This document shows positions 27,388 through 35,684 of a stretch of 44,539 nucleotides of DNA, piece after piece; position 1 is the first letter of the stretch; each line of letters begins with the position of its first letter. The notes beneath the pieces are model-generated. The model searched no databases, had not been told where the DNA came from, and saw nothing but the letters and a program-made list of their open reading frames with translations. The translations under genes and the position numbers were made by a program. The stretch is from an uncultured bacterium (GTDB taxonomy: Bacteria; Cyanobacteriota; Cyanobacteriia; CAKZMO01). The stretch covers positions 1 through 44,539 of the forward strand of contig CAYXJG010000002.1 of assembly GCA_964465285.1 (NCBI GenBank), in the 5' to 3' direction.

Positions 27388-28073
27388 GTGACATCTTGTA
27401 TGGAAATGGTCATGATAGAAATCATTAAAGTATGCCAAAAAGTATGCCAAAAAACTTGAGAAGTGCCACTTGAGTCAACTTCTGCAAAAGTGGCTGGGCA
27501 TGATGGCGGATGGGGCGATTGGCCTGATGTGCCACATAACATCCTCCCATTCTCTGTGCCATCTACGAAGAATTTTGGATCTAGCTCATCACTCTTCTTG
27601 GTCTATACTCTTCTTGGTCTATTGGAGTGATTAGCAGGGTAATCGCATCTTAAACGAGTGCTCGTATAGATAGACTTAGGGATAAAATCAGCGAGTTATA
27701 ACGGGTTGACGCAGACCTATGGCTCTGTCATGGTCGGATATTCGAGTTAATTGCCTCCTAATATAACCGGTTGTCTTTAATCCCAGGATGGTCATCGTGT
27801 TGTCCGTCACGCCTTATCCGCCCCGCTAACGGCGAGGATTTTGAGCAGAAAGCCATTGTCCATTGCGGCGGTGTAGCGCTTCACCCTCACCAACGACCTC
27901 GGTAAAGGATTGCACCGTGAAATTGTCTCGCGCTAAAAAAATACCAATACTACCGTAATTTGTTATTAAGTTTTCCCAAAGCGGAGGCATATATGACCCA
28001 GGGCCATTTCATTCTCAAGGGAGTCCAAAGATGCTAGGATTTTTGACTAGTTCCAATTGATCTACTACCACAG

Positions 28074-28472
28074 TTGTTTCAGCAAATCATCATTCCCGAT
28101 GTGGTTCGGAAGGAAATGCTTGATCCCTCGGTACCATCTGTTCTTCAACGATGGATTACCCATCCTCCTTCCTGGCTTAAATTCCAGACTGTTTCCGGGG
28201 TTGATTCAACCTTAAATGTCCTCGATCTAGGAGAACAAGCTGCGATTACCCTTGCTCAAACCTTGCTAGCAGACTTGCCGATTATCGATGAACGTTTGGG
28301 AAGACGAATGGCTAGCGATCGGGGAATCCCAATTATCGGGACCCTTGGAATTCGAGATGATGCTGCAAGTCAAGGGTTGATCGAACTGACAGATGCAATC
28401 GAGCGATTACAACAGACGAATTTCCGCATCTCCCGTCGCATTATTCAAACATTGCTGGAAAGTAGAGGATAA
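28074..28472 (+). pseudogene. DUF3368 (PIN-like, VapC-related) toxin homologue lacking its normal N-terminus
   Basis: LDLLPQLFQQIIIPDVVRKEM...LDLGEQAAITLA..PIIDERLGRRMA..GIPIIGTLGI resembles DUF3368. The frame is closed by TGA at 28044. The only start is TTG at 28074, inside the conserved LLPQLF segment. No intact antitoxin gene lies upstream. Confidence 0.45.
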
Positions 28473-28620
28473 GCCATAGCACATAGGCGTGTAGAGCCGA
28501 CGAGAAAAGCCAGTGTTAGAGGTTATCTGCCGCCGCACAACTTCACCGTTAGGTGTCCTGGGTTAATGGGTGGTGCTTGATCTCCAGCTGCGGGCCTCCA
28601 GCATGATTGCAAGCTACAAG

Positions 28621-29949
28621 TCAGCCCCAAATTGCTCCGTAGATAATTCCGGATAGCGTTGCCATTGCGACCACCAAGGTCACGAACACAACGGTTTTCT
28701 TCGTGCCAATGATGCTGCGAATCACCAGTATATTAGGTAAGGATAAGGCAGGGCCTGCAAGCAATAGAGCCAAAGCGGGACCTTGCCCCATGCCATTGCC
28801 AATAAGTCCTTGCAAGATGGGGACTTCGGTTAGGGTAGCAAAGTACATGAAGGCTCCGGCGATCGCAGCAAAAAAGTTAGCGAAGATCGAATTACCACCT
28901 ACCGCCCATGTAATCCATGTAGAGGGAATCAGCGCTTCTTGTCCAGGACGACCCAGTAAAGCACCCGCCATCAGTACCCCAATCAACAAGAGAGGGAGAA
29001 TTTGTTTGGCATAGTCCCAGGACGATTCAAACCATTCTCCGGCTTCTCCTTTGCTGGTGCTAGTTAGCCAGGATAACCCAATCACCGCAGCCGAGAACGG
29101 CACGAGGGGCTGTTGCTGAAATTGCCAGGAAAGCACGGCTGTCACGCCGACAATCAAGATTACTTTGCCTGGATTAAGGTGATACCAGCCGATCAGAATG
29201 GCAGCCAGTGCCAGACCCAAGATGCCTGTGATCCACCATTTCAGGGTGTAGAAGACATACCACGCCCCCGCCGCCACATCGGGTCTGGCCCAGTTGGCAA
29301 AGACCAAAATGCCGACCAAGACGGCAAAGAAGAGGGCATTTTGCCAAAGGGGACGGGTTTCATCCTCATCAAGCAGCAGGTTGTTGGCTTTCACTGGCTC
29401 TAGCGCTTCTTTGCGGAAGATAAACTGCATCGCCAAGCCAATCACGATACCGAAGACGATTGCACCGATCGCCCTAGCAATACCCAACTGTAAGCCCAGA
29501 ATCCGGGCGGTGAGGATGATCGCCAGCACATTGATGGCAGGACCAGAGTAGAGAAAGGCGATCGCAGGCCCTAAGCCTGCACCCATGCGATAAATTCCGG
29601 CAAATAGGGGCAGTACCGTGCAAGAGCAGACTGCCAAAATGGTGCCTGATACGGATGCAACTCCATAGGCCAGCATCGGATTCGCTTTGGAACCCAGGTA
29701 TTTCATCACGGCATCCTGACTGATGAAAACCGCGATCGCTCCTGCAATAAAGAAAGCGGGAATTAGGCACAGCAGAACGTGTTCTTGGGCATACCACCGC
29801 ACTAAATAGAGGGCTTCCCAAAACGCATTACGCAGCCGTTCTGATTGTTGTAGTGCCTCAACAGGCAGGTAGAAACAGAGCACAAAAGCCGCCACAATTA
29901 GGGCGAGTGGCTTCCACTGTTCTCGCCAAAATGAACTTATTTGCATCAT
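28621..29949 (-). CDS. Permease of the PF03773 'predicted permease' (ArsP-like) family
   Basis: Roughly 10 or more hydrophobic segments and Cys-containing motif VCSCTVLPLFAGIY. Start at MMQISSF. Immediately downstream of the small thioredoxin-like gene, which is the usual pairing for this family. Confidence 0.75.
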   Translation of the reverse strand: MMQISSFWREQWKPLALIVAAFVLCFYLPVEALQQSERLRNAFWEALYLVRWYAQEHVLLCLIPAFFIAGAIAVFISQDAVMKYLGSKANPMLAYGVASVSGTILAVCSCTVLPLFAGIYRMGAGLGPAIAFLYSGPAINVLAIILTARILGLQLGIARAIGAIVFGIVIGLAMQFIFRKEALEPVKANNLLLDEDETRPLWQNALFFAVLVGILVFANWARPDVAAGAWYVFYTLKWWITGILGLALAAILIGWYHLNPGKVILIVGVTAVLSWQFQQQPLVPFSAAVIGLSWLTSTSKGEAGEWFESSWDYAKQILPLLLIGVLMAGALLGRPGQEALIPSTWITWAVGGNSIFANFFAAIAGAFMYFATLTEVPILQGLIGNGMGQGPALALLLAGPALSLPNILVIRSIIGTKKTVVFVTLVVAMATLSGIIYGAIWG

Positions 29950-30019
29950 TTTTCTCCAGGTAAAAAAGAGCCAGAAAAAGAGCCATACCAGCCCTTTTTT
30001 TAGCCCCAAAGCGGATACA

Positions 30020-30265
30020 TTACTCGACAGCAAGGAGCGGTTGAATTTGCTCTGGGGTGGGCAATTTCCCCTGGCTTACCAGTTGCCCATTGATGACTAG
30101 GGCGGGGGTTTTCATCACGCCGCGCTCGGCAATTTTCATGGGGTTGGTAATGTGCAAGACTTCTGCCTCTAGGTTGAGGTGGGCGATCGCCTCTTTAGCG
30201 TTCGCCTCCAATTGCTGGCACTTTTTGCAGCCGGTGCCTAAAATTTCGACAGTAAGTTGAGCCAT
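30020..30265 (-). CDS. Small thioredoxin-fold protein (redox-active disulfide protein 2 type)
   Basis: 81 aa. MAQLTVEILGTGCKKCQQLEANAKEA...KTPALVINGQLVSQGKLP, with a CxxC motif. Confidence 0.8.
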   Translation of the reverse strand: MAQLTVEILGTGCKKCQQLEANAKEAIAHLNLEAEVLHITNPMKIAERGVMKTPALVINGQLVSQGKLPTPEQIQPLLAVE

Positions 30266-30332
30266 GATTCCAATCTCCAAAATCTAGTTTCTAGGAAGCG
30301 CTTTGCAAGGTTTCACGTCGCTTCTCGGTTCT

Positions 30333-30364
30333 AGAATAAAGCCTATACTTTGGTATAAGGTCAA
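30333..30364 (-). promoter_or_regulatory. MerR-type promoter P1 (TTGACC-N20-TATTCT with internal dyad) for the thioredoxin-like/permease operon
   Basis: Minus strand reads CTTGACCTTATACCAAAGTATAGGCTTTATTCT. Dyad ACCTTATAC/GTATAGGCT lies in the over-long spacer. About 65 nt upstream of the ATG at 30265. Confidence 0.6.
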
Positions 30365-30394
30365 GGCTTTCCCTAATTTTCCTGCCTGAAAACC

Positions 30395-30496
30395 TGACTT
30401 GGCAAAGTTCTCAAATTTACAACGCAAGAATAAGGGTTTGGGGCGCGCGCCGCGCGCCCCAAACCCTTATTCTTGCGTGAAACTTGCCAAGTCGTA
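30395..30496 (-). mobile_element. MITE family A, copy A6, with 8-bp target-site duplication TGAAAACC
   Basis: TGACTTGGCAAAGTTCTCAAATTTACAACGCAAGAATAAGGGTTTGGGGCGCGC-GCC-GCGCGCCCCAAACCCTTATTCTTGCGTGAAACTTGCCAAGTCGTA. TSD at 30387-30394 and 30497-30504. Confidence 0.85.
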
Positions 30497-30550
30497 TGAA
30501 AACCCATTCCAATTTTGGGTCAACTCAGGGGGCGAGAACCGACGCCCAAT

Positions 30551-31232
30551 TTAGCGGTGAGGATGTTTGAGCAGTCGCTGCGGTATCCACCATAGATAGA
30601 CAATCATGCCCGTTAATTCCACCAACGGTTGCAAGACAACAATCGTCACCACGATTGACCAGGATGCTGGCAGTGCCAGGGCAAAAGGCAACACCACAAA
30701 GGAATTACGAGTGCCTAAGCTAAAGGCGAGTGTTCGATTTGCCGCAACGTCTAGTTGAAAGCATCGCCCGATCCAGTGCGCTAGGTAGCCATTAATCACC
30801 AGAAAAGCGACGAGCAGCCCAATAATGGGGGCGATCGCCGCCAGCGATCGCCCCGATAGTGTCTTGACTTGGGAGGCGGCGATCAGCAACAGCACCATGC
30901 TCAACAGGGGAATCGACAACCAAGCCGTGGCTTTGAGCCAGCGATCGCCCAGGGCCTGGGTTTTTGCCCATTGTTCTGTGATTAACGCGCTTCCCATCGG
31001 TAGCAAAATCAAGCTAAGGAAGGCATGACTAAAAGCGGCTGGCGCGAAAGGCTTGCCGCAGTTGCAGGAAGGGAACTTGGCAAAAGGTACTGTAGAGCAA
31101 CAGCCCGATCGCGATCGGGATCAACGGCTCCAGCACCGCCGCCTCAGCATGATGCCATCCCCAGGCTGCGCCCACCGCTAGGGCAACGAGATAAAACCAA
31201 ATTTGGTGACGTTCGAGGGTGAGCTTAGACAT
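30551..31232 (-). pseudogene. Fragmented ACR3/SBF-like (arsenic-resistance / bile-acid:Na+ symporter superfamily) transporter gene
   Basis: A 67-aa N-terminal piece (MSKLTLERHQIWFYLVALAVG..LLLYSTFCQVPFLQLRQAF) and a 153-aa C-terminal piece (..TLAFSLGTRNSFVVLPFALAL..) lie in different frames 17 nt apart. The combined length of about 220 aa is well short of the ~300 aa expected. Confidence 0.5.
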
Positions 31233-31285
31233 CGTGCCAATGTGTGAATGGACTGAACGATTATCCCAGCTTGGGTTTAAGCCAC

Positions 31286-31380
31286 TTAGGACTGACGCAA
31301 ATTCTCGCTAATCTCTCGGCTTTTCGTTGAGGCAAGGGGCTTAAGCCCCTTGTTTTTGCGTTTCACTGCGTCAGCCCTAA
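31286..31380. mobile_element. MITE-like element, family I (TTAGGACTGACGCA...TGCGTCAGCCCTAA)
   Basis: 14-bp TIRs and central hairpin CAAGGGGCTTAAGCCCCTTG. Single copy in the window. Confidence 0.5.
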
Positions 31381-31440
31381 TCCTTATACATAGACATACT
31401 ATTAAGGAATTGAACCGTTGATTTTAAGGTAGGAAATGCG

Positions 31441-32121
31441 ATGTACGTTTTGATCGGGGGGGCTGGCATGATGGGTCTGGAGCTAGCGAAAACCCTGCTG
31501 CACATGGGCCACACGATCGCCGTTGTGGATACCGATGCGTTGGCCTGCCAATATGCCCGCGAAAAAATTGGGGTGATGACGTTTGAGGGCAGTGCGGTGA
31601 ATACGACAACGCTATTGGAGGCGGGCATTCGCAAAGCCAAGATCGTGATTGGGACGCTACGAGAAGATGCCCTCAACCTGGCTTTGGTAACCCTTTCCAA
31701 GCACTATCAGGTTCCGCAAATTGTGGTGCGAATGCGCGATCGTGACTTTGCAGAACCCTATCAGCTTGCGGGTGCTACCCACATCATCAGCACCACTGAA
31801 CTGGCGATTAACCGGGTGGTGAATGCGATCGAATATCCCCAAGTCGATGCCATGATGCACTTTGAACAGGGGCAAGTAGAAGTGCTCAAACTCTCGATTC
31901 CCCAAGGCTGCACCATTGTCAACCGCAGCGTCGCTGAGATAGCCCAAGACCCCCGCTTTCCAGCAGGCACTCTGATCATCGGCTACCAGGCCCACCCCCA
32001 CGAAGAACTGGTGATCCCCAACGGCGGCACCCTGTTGGAAAGTGGCTCAACAATTCTAGCCGTGACCAAGCCCGAACTCGTCCGACAAATGCTCGATTTC
32101 ATGGGTCTATGCTCTCTCTAA
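31441..32121 (+). CDS. TrkA/KtrA-like K+ transport regulatory protein (TrkA-N plus TrkA-C)
   Basis: Rossmann motif MYVLIGGAGMMGLELAKTL..VVDTD. C-terminal TrkA-C-like segment VLKLSIPQGCTIVNRSVAEI. Confidence 0.8.
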   Translation: MYVLIGGAGMMGLELAKTLLHMGHTIAVVDTDALACQYAREKIGVMTFEGSAVNTTTLLEAGIRKAKIVIGTLREDALNLALVTLSKHYQVPQIVVRMRDRDFAEPYQLAGATHIISTTELAINRVVNAIEYPQVDAMMHFEQGQVEVLKLSIPQGCTIVNRSVAEIAQDPRFPAGTLIIGYQAHPHEELVIPNGGTLLESGSTILAVTKPELVRQMLDFMGLCSL

Positions 32122-33773
32122 TCATCTTTTAAGGACAACAGCTTTTCATCCAACCCTTGCAGATAGGCTTGGGCCGCCGTATCGGACAACAACCCCTGAC
32201 GGATGGCATCATTGATGGCCCCTTTTTCCGCTAGGTAAAGCCGTCGCCAGGTGCTGTCCAGGTGGTTTTGCTCCTTCAGGGGGATGATGCCATCCACCAG
32301 CCGCTGGTTATACAACTCACGCAGTTCTCGTTCAGAAGCCGCAATCCGAGATTGATAGGTGGCAAACAGTTCTTCATACAGCGCCTTCGGTAAACTGCCG
32401 AACTCCAATAAATGCTTGAGTTCTGCCTGGGCGGCTTTGGCTGAGATCATGTTGAGTTGGAGGGCTTCCATGCGCTGCCGCAGGGCGGAGGGCACGAATA
32501 GGCGCAGGCGTTTGACAAACCATGGCAGGCTCAGTCCCTGCGCGACCAACGATACCAAGACTGTGCTAAAAACCAGGGTAATCACCTCCGGGCGACCGGG
32601 CAGGGTAAACGGCAGAGTCAGGGCCAGGGCCATTGATAGGGAGCCTTTGACGTTGCCCGCAATCAACACATGCTGCCAGCGTAGTGGCAGGGGGCGATCG
32701 CAAAACCGCAACAAAAACAGGAGCGGGTAAATCGTCAGCACCCGGCCAATCTGATAGGCCAACACGGCCAAAAGGGCTGCCGGAATGGTTTGCAGAAGCA
32801 CTCTGGGTTCGACCTCGATCCCGACCAGCAAAAAGATGAAGGTGTTGACTCCAAATCCGGCATATTCCCAGAAATTCAAGAGGGTGACACGGGTCGAGGC
32901 CGAAGTGCGGCGAAACCCCAAATTGCCGATCACCAGTCCTGCAACTACCACCGCGATCGCACTCGACACCCCCAACACCTGCCCAATCTGAAAAGTACCC
33001 AAGGACACCGCCACCGTCAGCAAAATATTGCTCAGGGCATCATCCAACTGGCGAAACAAACCGATACACAGATAGCCCAGGCCGATCCCTAACGTGCCGC
33101 CGCCAACAAAAGCAATCACGATTTGTTGCACCCCCTCACCCAGGCTAAATGATCCCTGCAAATGGATGGTCGCCACCAAGCTCAACAACACCAGGGCAAT
33201 CCCGTCGTTAAACAAGCTCTCCCCTTCTACAATCGTGGTCAGCCGCGAGGGTACTCGCACACTCCTGAAAGTCACAATCACCGAAACCGTATCCGTAATG
33301 GTGAGAATGACCCCCACGGCAGCAGCGGTAATCCAGGCTAAATTCAGCCAGGCTTGCAACAACACCGACGTGATCACCGCTGACAGCACTACCCCCGGCC
33401 CCGCAAGTAACGCGATCGGTTTAATGGTGCTGCGCAATCGGCTGATATCTGTGTTGATCGCCGCTTCAAAAATCAAAATCGGCAAAAACAGGTTCAAAAT
33501 CACGTCTGGATTCAGCCCAATCGATTCTGGCAACGCCTGCTTGGTAATGGCCAACCCCGCCAGCACCAGCCCCACCACATAGGGAATCCGCAACCACCGA
33601 GTCACCAAGGCCACAGCGGTCGCCACCAGCAACAGGACGATCAGGGTGCTGACCAACCCAGTCACAGTGCCCGATGGCAAATCCAGGGTGGTATCCAGAG
33701 GAGCAGAGTTGAGCGTCGCTGCGAATCGAGCCAGTACCACGACAGAGCAATCCCCACGTAAAGAACCTGTCAC
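32118..33773 (-). CDS. CPA1-family Na+/H+ antiporter (NhaP type) with ~140-aa cytoplasmic tail; start uncertain
   Basis: Roughly 11-12 hydrophobic segments. Motifs LFLPILIFEAA and GESLFNDGIALVL are typical of NhaP/NhaS. Confidence 0.8.
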   Translation of the reverse strand: MTGSLRGDCSVVVLARFAATLNSAPLDTTLDLPSGTVTGLVSTLIVLLLVATAVALVTRWLRIPYVVGLVLAGLAITKQALPESIGLNPDVILNLFLPILIFEAAINTDISRLRSTIKPIALLAGPGVVLSAVITSVLLQAWLNLAWITAAAVGVILTITDTVSVIVTFRSVRVPSRLTTIVEGESLFNDGIALVLLSLVATIHLQGSFSLGEGVQQIVIAFVGGGTLGIGLGYLCIGLFRQLDDALSNILLTVAVSLGTFQIGQVLGVSSAIAVVVAGLVIGNLGFRRTSASTRVTLLNFWEYAGFGVNTFIFLLVGIEVEPRVLLQTIPAALLAVLAYQIGRVLTIYPLLFLLRFCDRPLPLRWQHVLIAGNVKGSLSMALALTLPFTLPGRPEVITLVFSTVLVSLVAQGLSLPWFVKRLRLFVPSALRQRMEALQLNMISAKAAQAELKHLLEFGSLPKALYEELFATYQSRIAASERELRELYNQRLVDGIIPLKEQNHLDSTWRRLYLAEKGAINDAIRQGLLSDTAAQAYLQGLDEKLLSLKDD

Positions 33774-33801
33774 ATTCTAGGAGAATGCGGAAACTCTGGC
33801 T

Positions 33802-34764
33802 TTAAGCCAGGGAAATCCGAGTTTCGTAGAACGGTTCTACGGGGCCGCTGACCACCATGGCCCCCACGGGAGCCGCCGTTTGCTTAAAACGAGGGTCGAG
33901 GTGCGAGTTTTCGTGATCCCACACCGATTCCCAAACGCCGTGCATCAGGTAGGCCCGCAGATCGCCATTGGGAAAGGCATTGCGCAGAATTTCGGTGCTG
34001 ACGGCTTTGCGATAGTGGCGGTTGTCGGCGGCTCCGGGGAGGCCGGAGTCCGTGGTAGTGGGCTGGTAGGTATCCTGGGCGATCGCTAGGAGTTCAGCGG
34101 TTTTGTCCTCAAAGGAAGTGAGAACCGCATCGGGAATCATGACATGGTTGGCAACGGTAACGTAGTTCCGCTCAGGCAAGTCCAGCGGTCGGCGTAGAAA
34201 GGCTTGAATATCATTGGCTTGGTGATAAATGGCACGGCGATCGCCAGCCACAACGGTTTGGAACAGCCCTTGATAAGTTGCCAACATCATGGGTGTTTTT
34301 TGAGGCCCATCTGGGGTCATGGCGTAGGCATGCAGGTGAGGAGCCACGACCGCCTCAAACCAGCGATCGACCTGAGCGACTTGCAGGGTGTCATAGTCGG
34401 CAAAGCGGACAAGCAGGGAATAGAAATAAGGCAGAGAATGAGCGGCGACCGCATCGACGTAGGCGTTAGCCAGCATTCCTTTATAAGCTTCGGGATAGTT
34501 TTTCACCATCGTTGAGTCTCCCGTCATCTGCTTCAGAGAGAGGCTAAGAAACCCTGCAGCGGATTGCAACTCTTGGGACTGGGCCTGAATCGACTCCAGC
34601 AACGCCGAATTTTCCGGTTCGGCGACGCGAATTTCTGCATAAAACGTGAGCACTCCTGCTGGGGAGGACGATGCAGGTAGGACACTTTGAGCAAATGCCC
34701 TGGGTGCAAACCCAAAAGCACCGAGAGCCGCTCCTGCCGTTAAAATATGACGACGCTTAACCAT
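33802..34764 (-). CDS. Tat-exported protein of unknown function (about 320 aa)
   Basis: [27 protein letters not shown] gives a twin-arginine motif plus an AxA cleavage site. AAGGA lies 8 nt upstream of the ATG. I recognise no family; a possible tandem alpha+beta repeat is discussed in the findings. Confidence 0.7.
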   Translation of the reverse strand: MVKRRHILTAGAALGAFGFAPRAFAQSVLPASSSPAGVLTFYAEIRVAEPENSALLESIQAQSQELQSAAGFLSLSLKQMTGDSTMVKNYPEAYKGMLANAYVDAVAAHSLPYFYSLLVRFADYDTLQVAQVDRWFEAVVAPHLHAYAMTPDGPQKTPMMLATYQGLFQTVVAGDRRAIYHQANDIQAFLRRPLDLPERNYVTVANHVMIPDAVLTSFEDKTAELLAIAQDTYQPTTTDSGLPGAADNRHYRKAVSTEILRNAFPNGDLRAYLMHGVWESVWDHENSHLDPRFKQTAAPVGAMVVSGPVEPFYETRISLA

Positions 34765-34860
34765 GAGGCATAATTCCTTCATCAGATTCATCAAACTGGA
34801 AAAGAATGACACACGAGGTCAGGACAACTATCAAGGGTTGACCCTGCCTGCGCTGTGTCG

Positions 34861-34892
34861 ATGATAGGGGCTGTACTAGGGTATAAGGTCAA
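34861..34892 (-). promoter_or_regulatory. MerR-type promoter P2 (TTGACC-N20-TATCAT) for the Tat-exported protein gene
   Basis: Minus strand reads CTTGACCTTATACCCTAGTACAGCCCCTATCAT. It begins 21 nt after the merR stop codon. The first 14 nt are identical to P1. Confidence 0.55.
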
Positions 34893-34912
34893 GCGATTTG
34901 GCAAAACTGTCG

Positions 34913-35308
34913 CTAATCGTTAGGGATGGTGTCTAACGCAATACAGGCGTTGTTGGGATTGGCAAATTGACACTGCTTCAGGATCGGCTGTAGCTCCCGT
35001 TGCAATGTTTGTAGTTGTTGGATTTGCTGTTCAATCTGGGCGAGCTTGTCTGCTAACCGCTCGTAGAGTGCTTGACAGGTGAGCGATCGCCCATCCTTAA
35101 GGGCAAGAATGTCTTTAATCTCATCTAAACTAAGTCCCAAAGACTTAGCCCGTGTAATAAAGGCAAGCCGATCCACGTCTTGTTGACTGAAGAGCCGATA
35201 TCCAGACTCTGTGCGCTGAGGTGGCGGAATTAACCCAATGCGTTCATAAAAGTAAAGGGTTTGCGGATTCAAGCCTAATTTTCGTGAAACTTCCCCAACC
35301 TGCAACAT
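34913..35308 (-). CDS. MerR-family transcriptional regulator, heavy-metal-sensing subgroup (three-Cys pattern)
   Basis: HTH MLQVGEVSRKLGLNPQTLYFYERIGL. Dimerisation helix. Cys at positions 78, 113 and 122, counted from ATG 35308. Confidence 0.85.
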   Translation of the reverse strand: MLQVGEVSRKLGLNPQTLYFYERIGLIPPPQRTESGYRLFSQQDVDRLAFITRAKSLGLSLDEIKDILALKDGRSLTCQALYERLADKLAQIEQQIQQLQTLQRELQPILKQCQFANPNNACIALDTIPND

Positions 35309-35339
35309 GGGCACCACTCCAATCCAACTTCATAAACCT

Positions 35340-35371
35340 ATGCTAAACCTTATACCAATTCATAAGGTCAA
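35340..35371 (-). promoter_or_regulatory. MerR-type promoter P3 (TTGACC-N20-TAGCAT) in front of merR itself
   Basis: Minus strand reads CTTGACCTTATGAATTGGTATAAGGTTTAGCAT. It contains the perfect inverted repeat ACCTTAT-N8-ATAAGGT. Confidence 0.6.
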
Positions 35372-35684
35372 GAGTGGCCGTTAAAGTTGAGTCAATCTGC
35401 CGGACATCTAATCGGGACAGGGAGAATCCTCACGAATCCCCCCTCCCCCCACGACCTGCAATGCCTGATGAGGTTTGTGGGAGCGCAGAGAAACCTCATC
35501 ATCTCAGGAAGTGGATTTCAAAATTCAGGAAATTCTAGATAACAAGCAATATTTCCAAATTTGTCACGAGTGTAGGAAGCGAGAACCCCGTGATTGGATG
35601 CATAATGATTGAATCTGCCAAGGTTGCGCCGAGAAGAATCATGGCGTTGTTTACTAAGCGCAAGCTATACGGGAGCTGAGTGTT

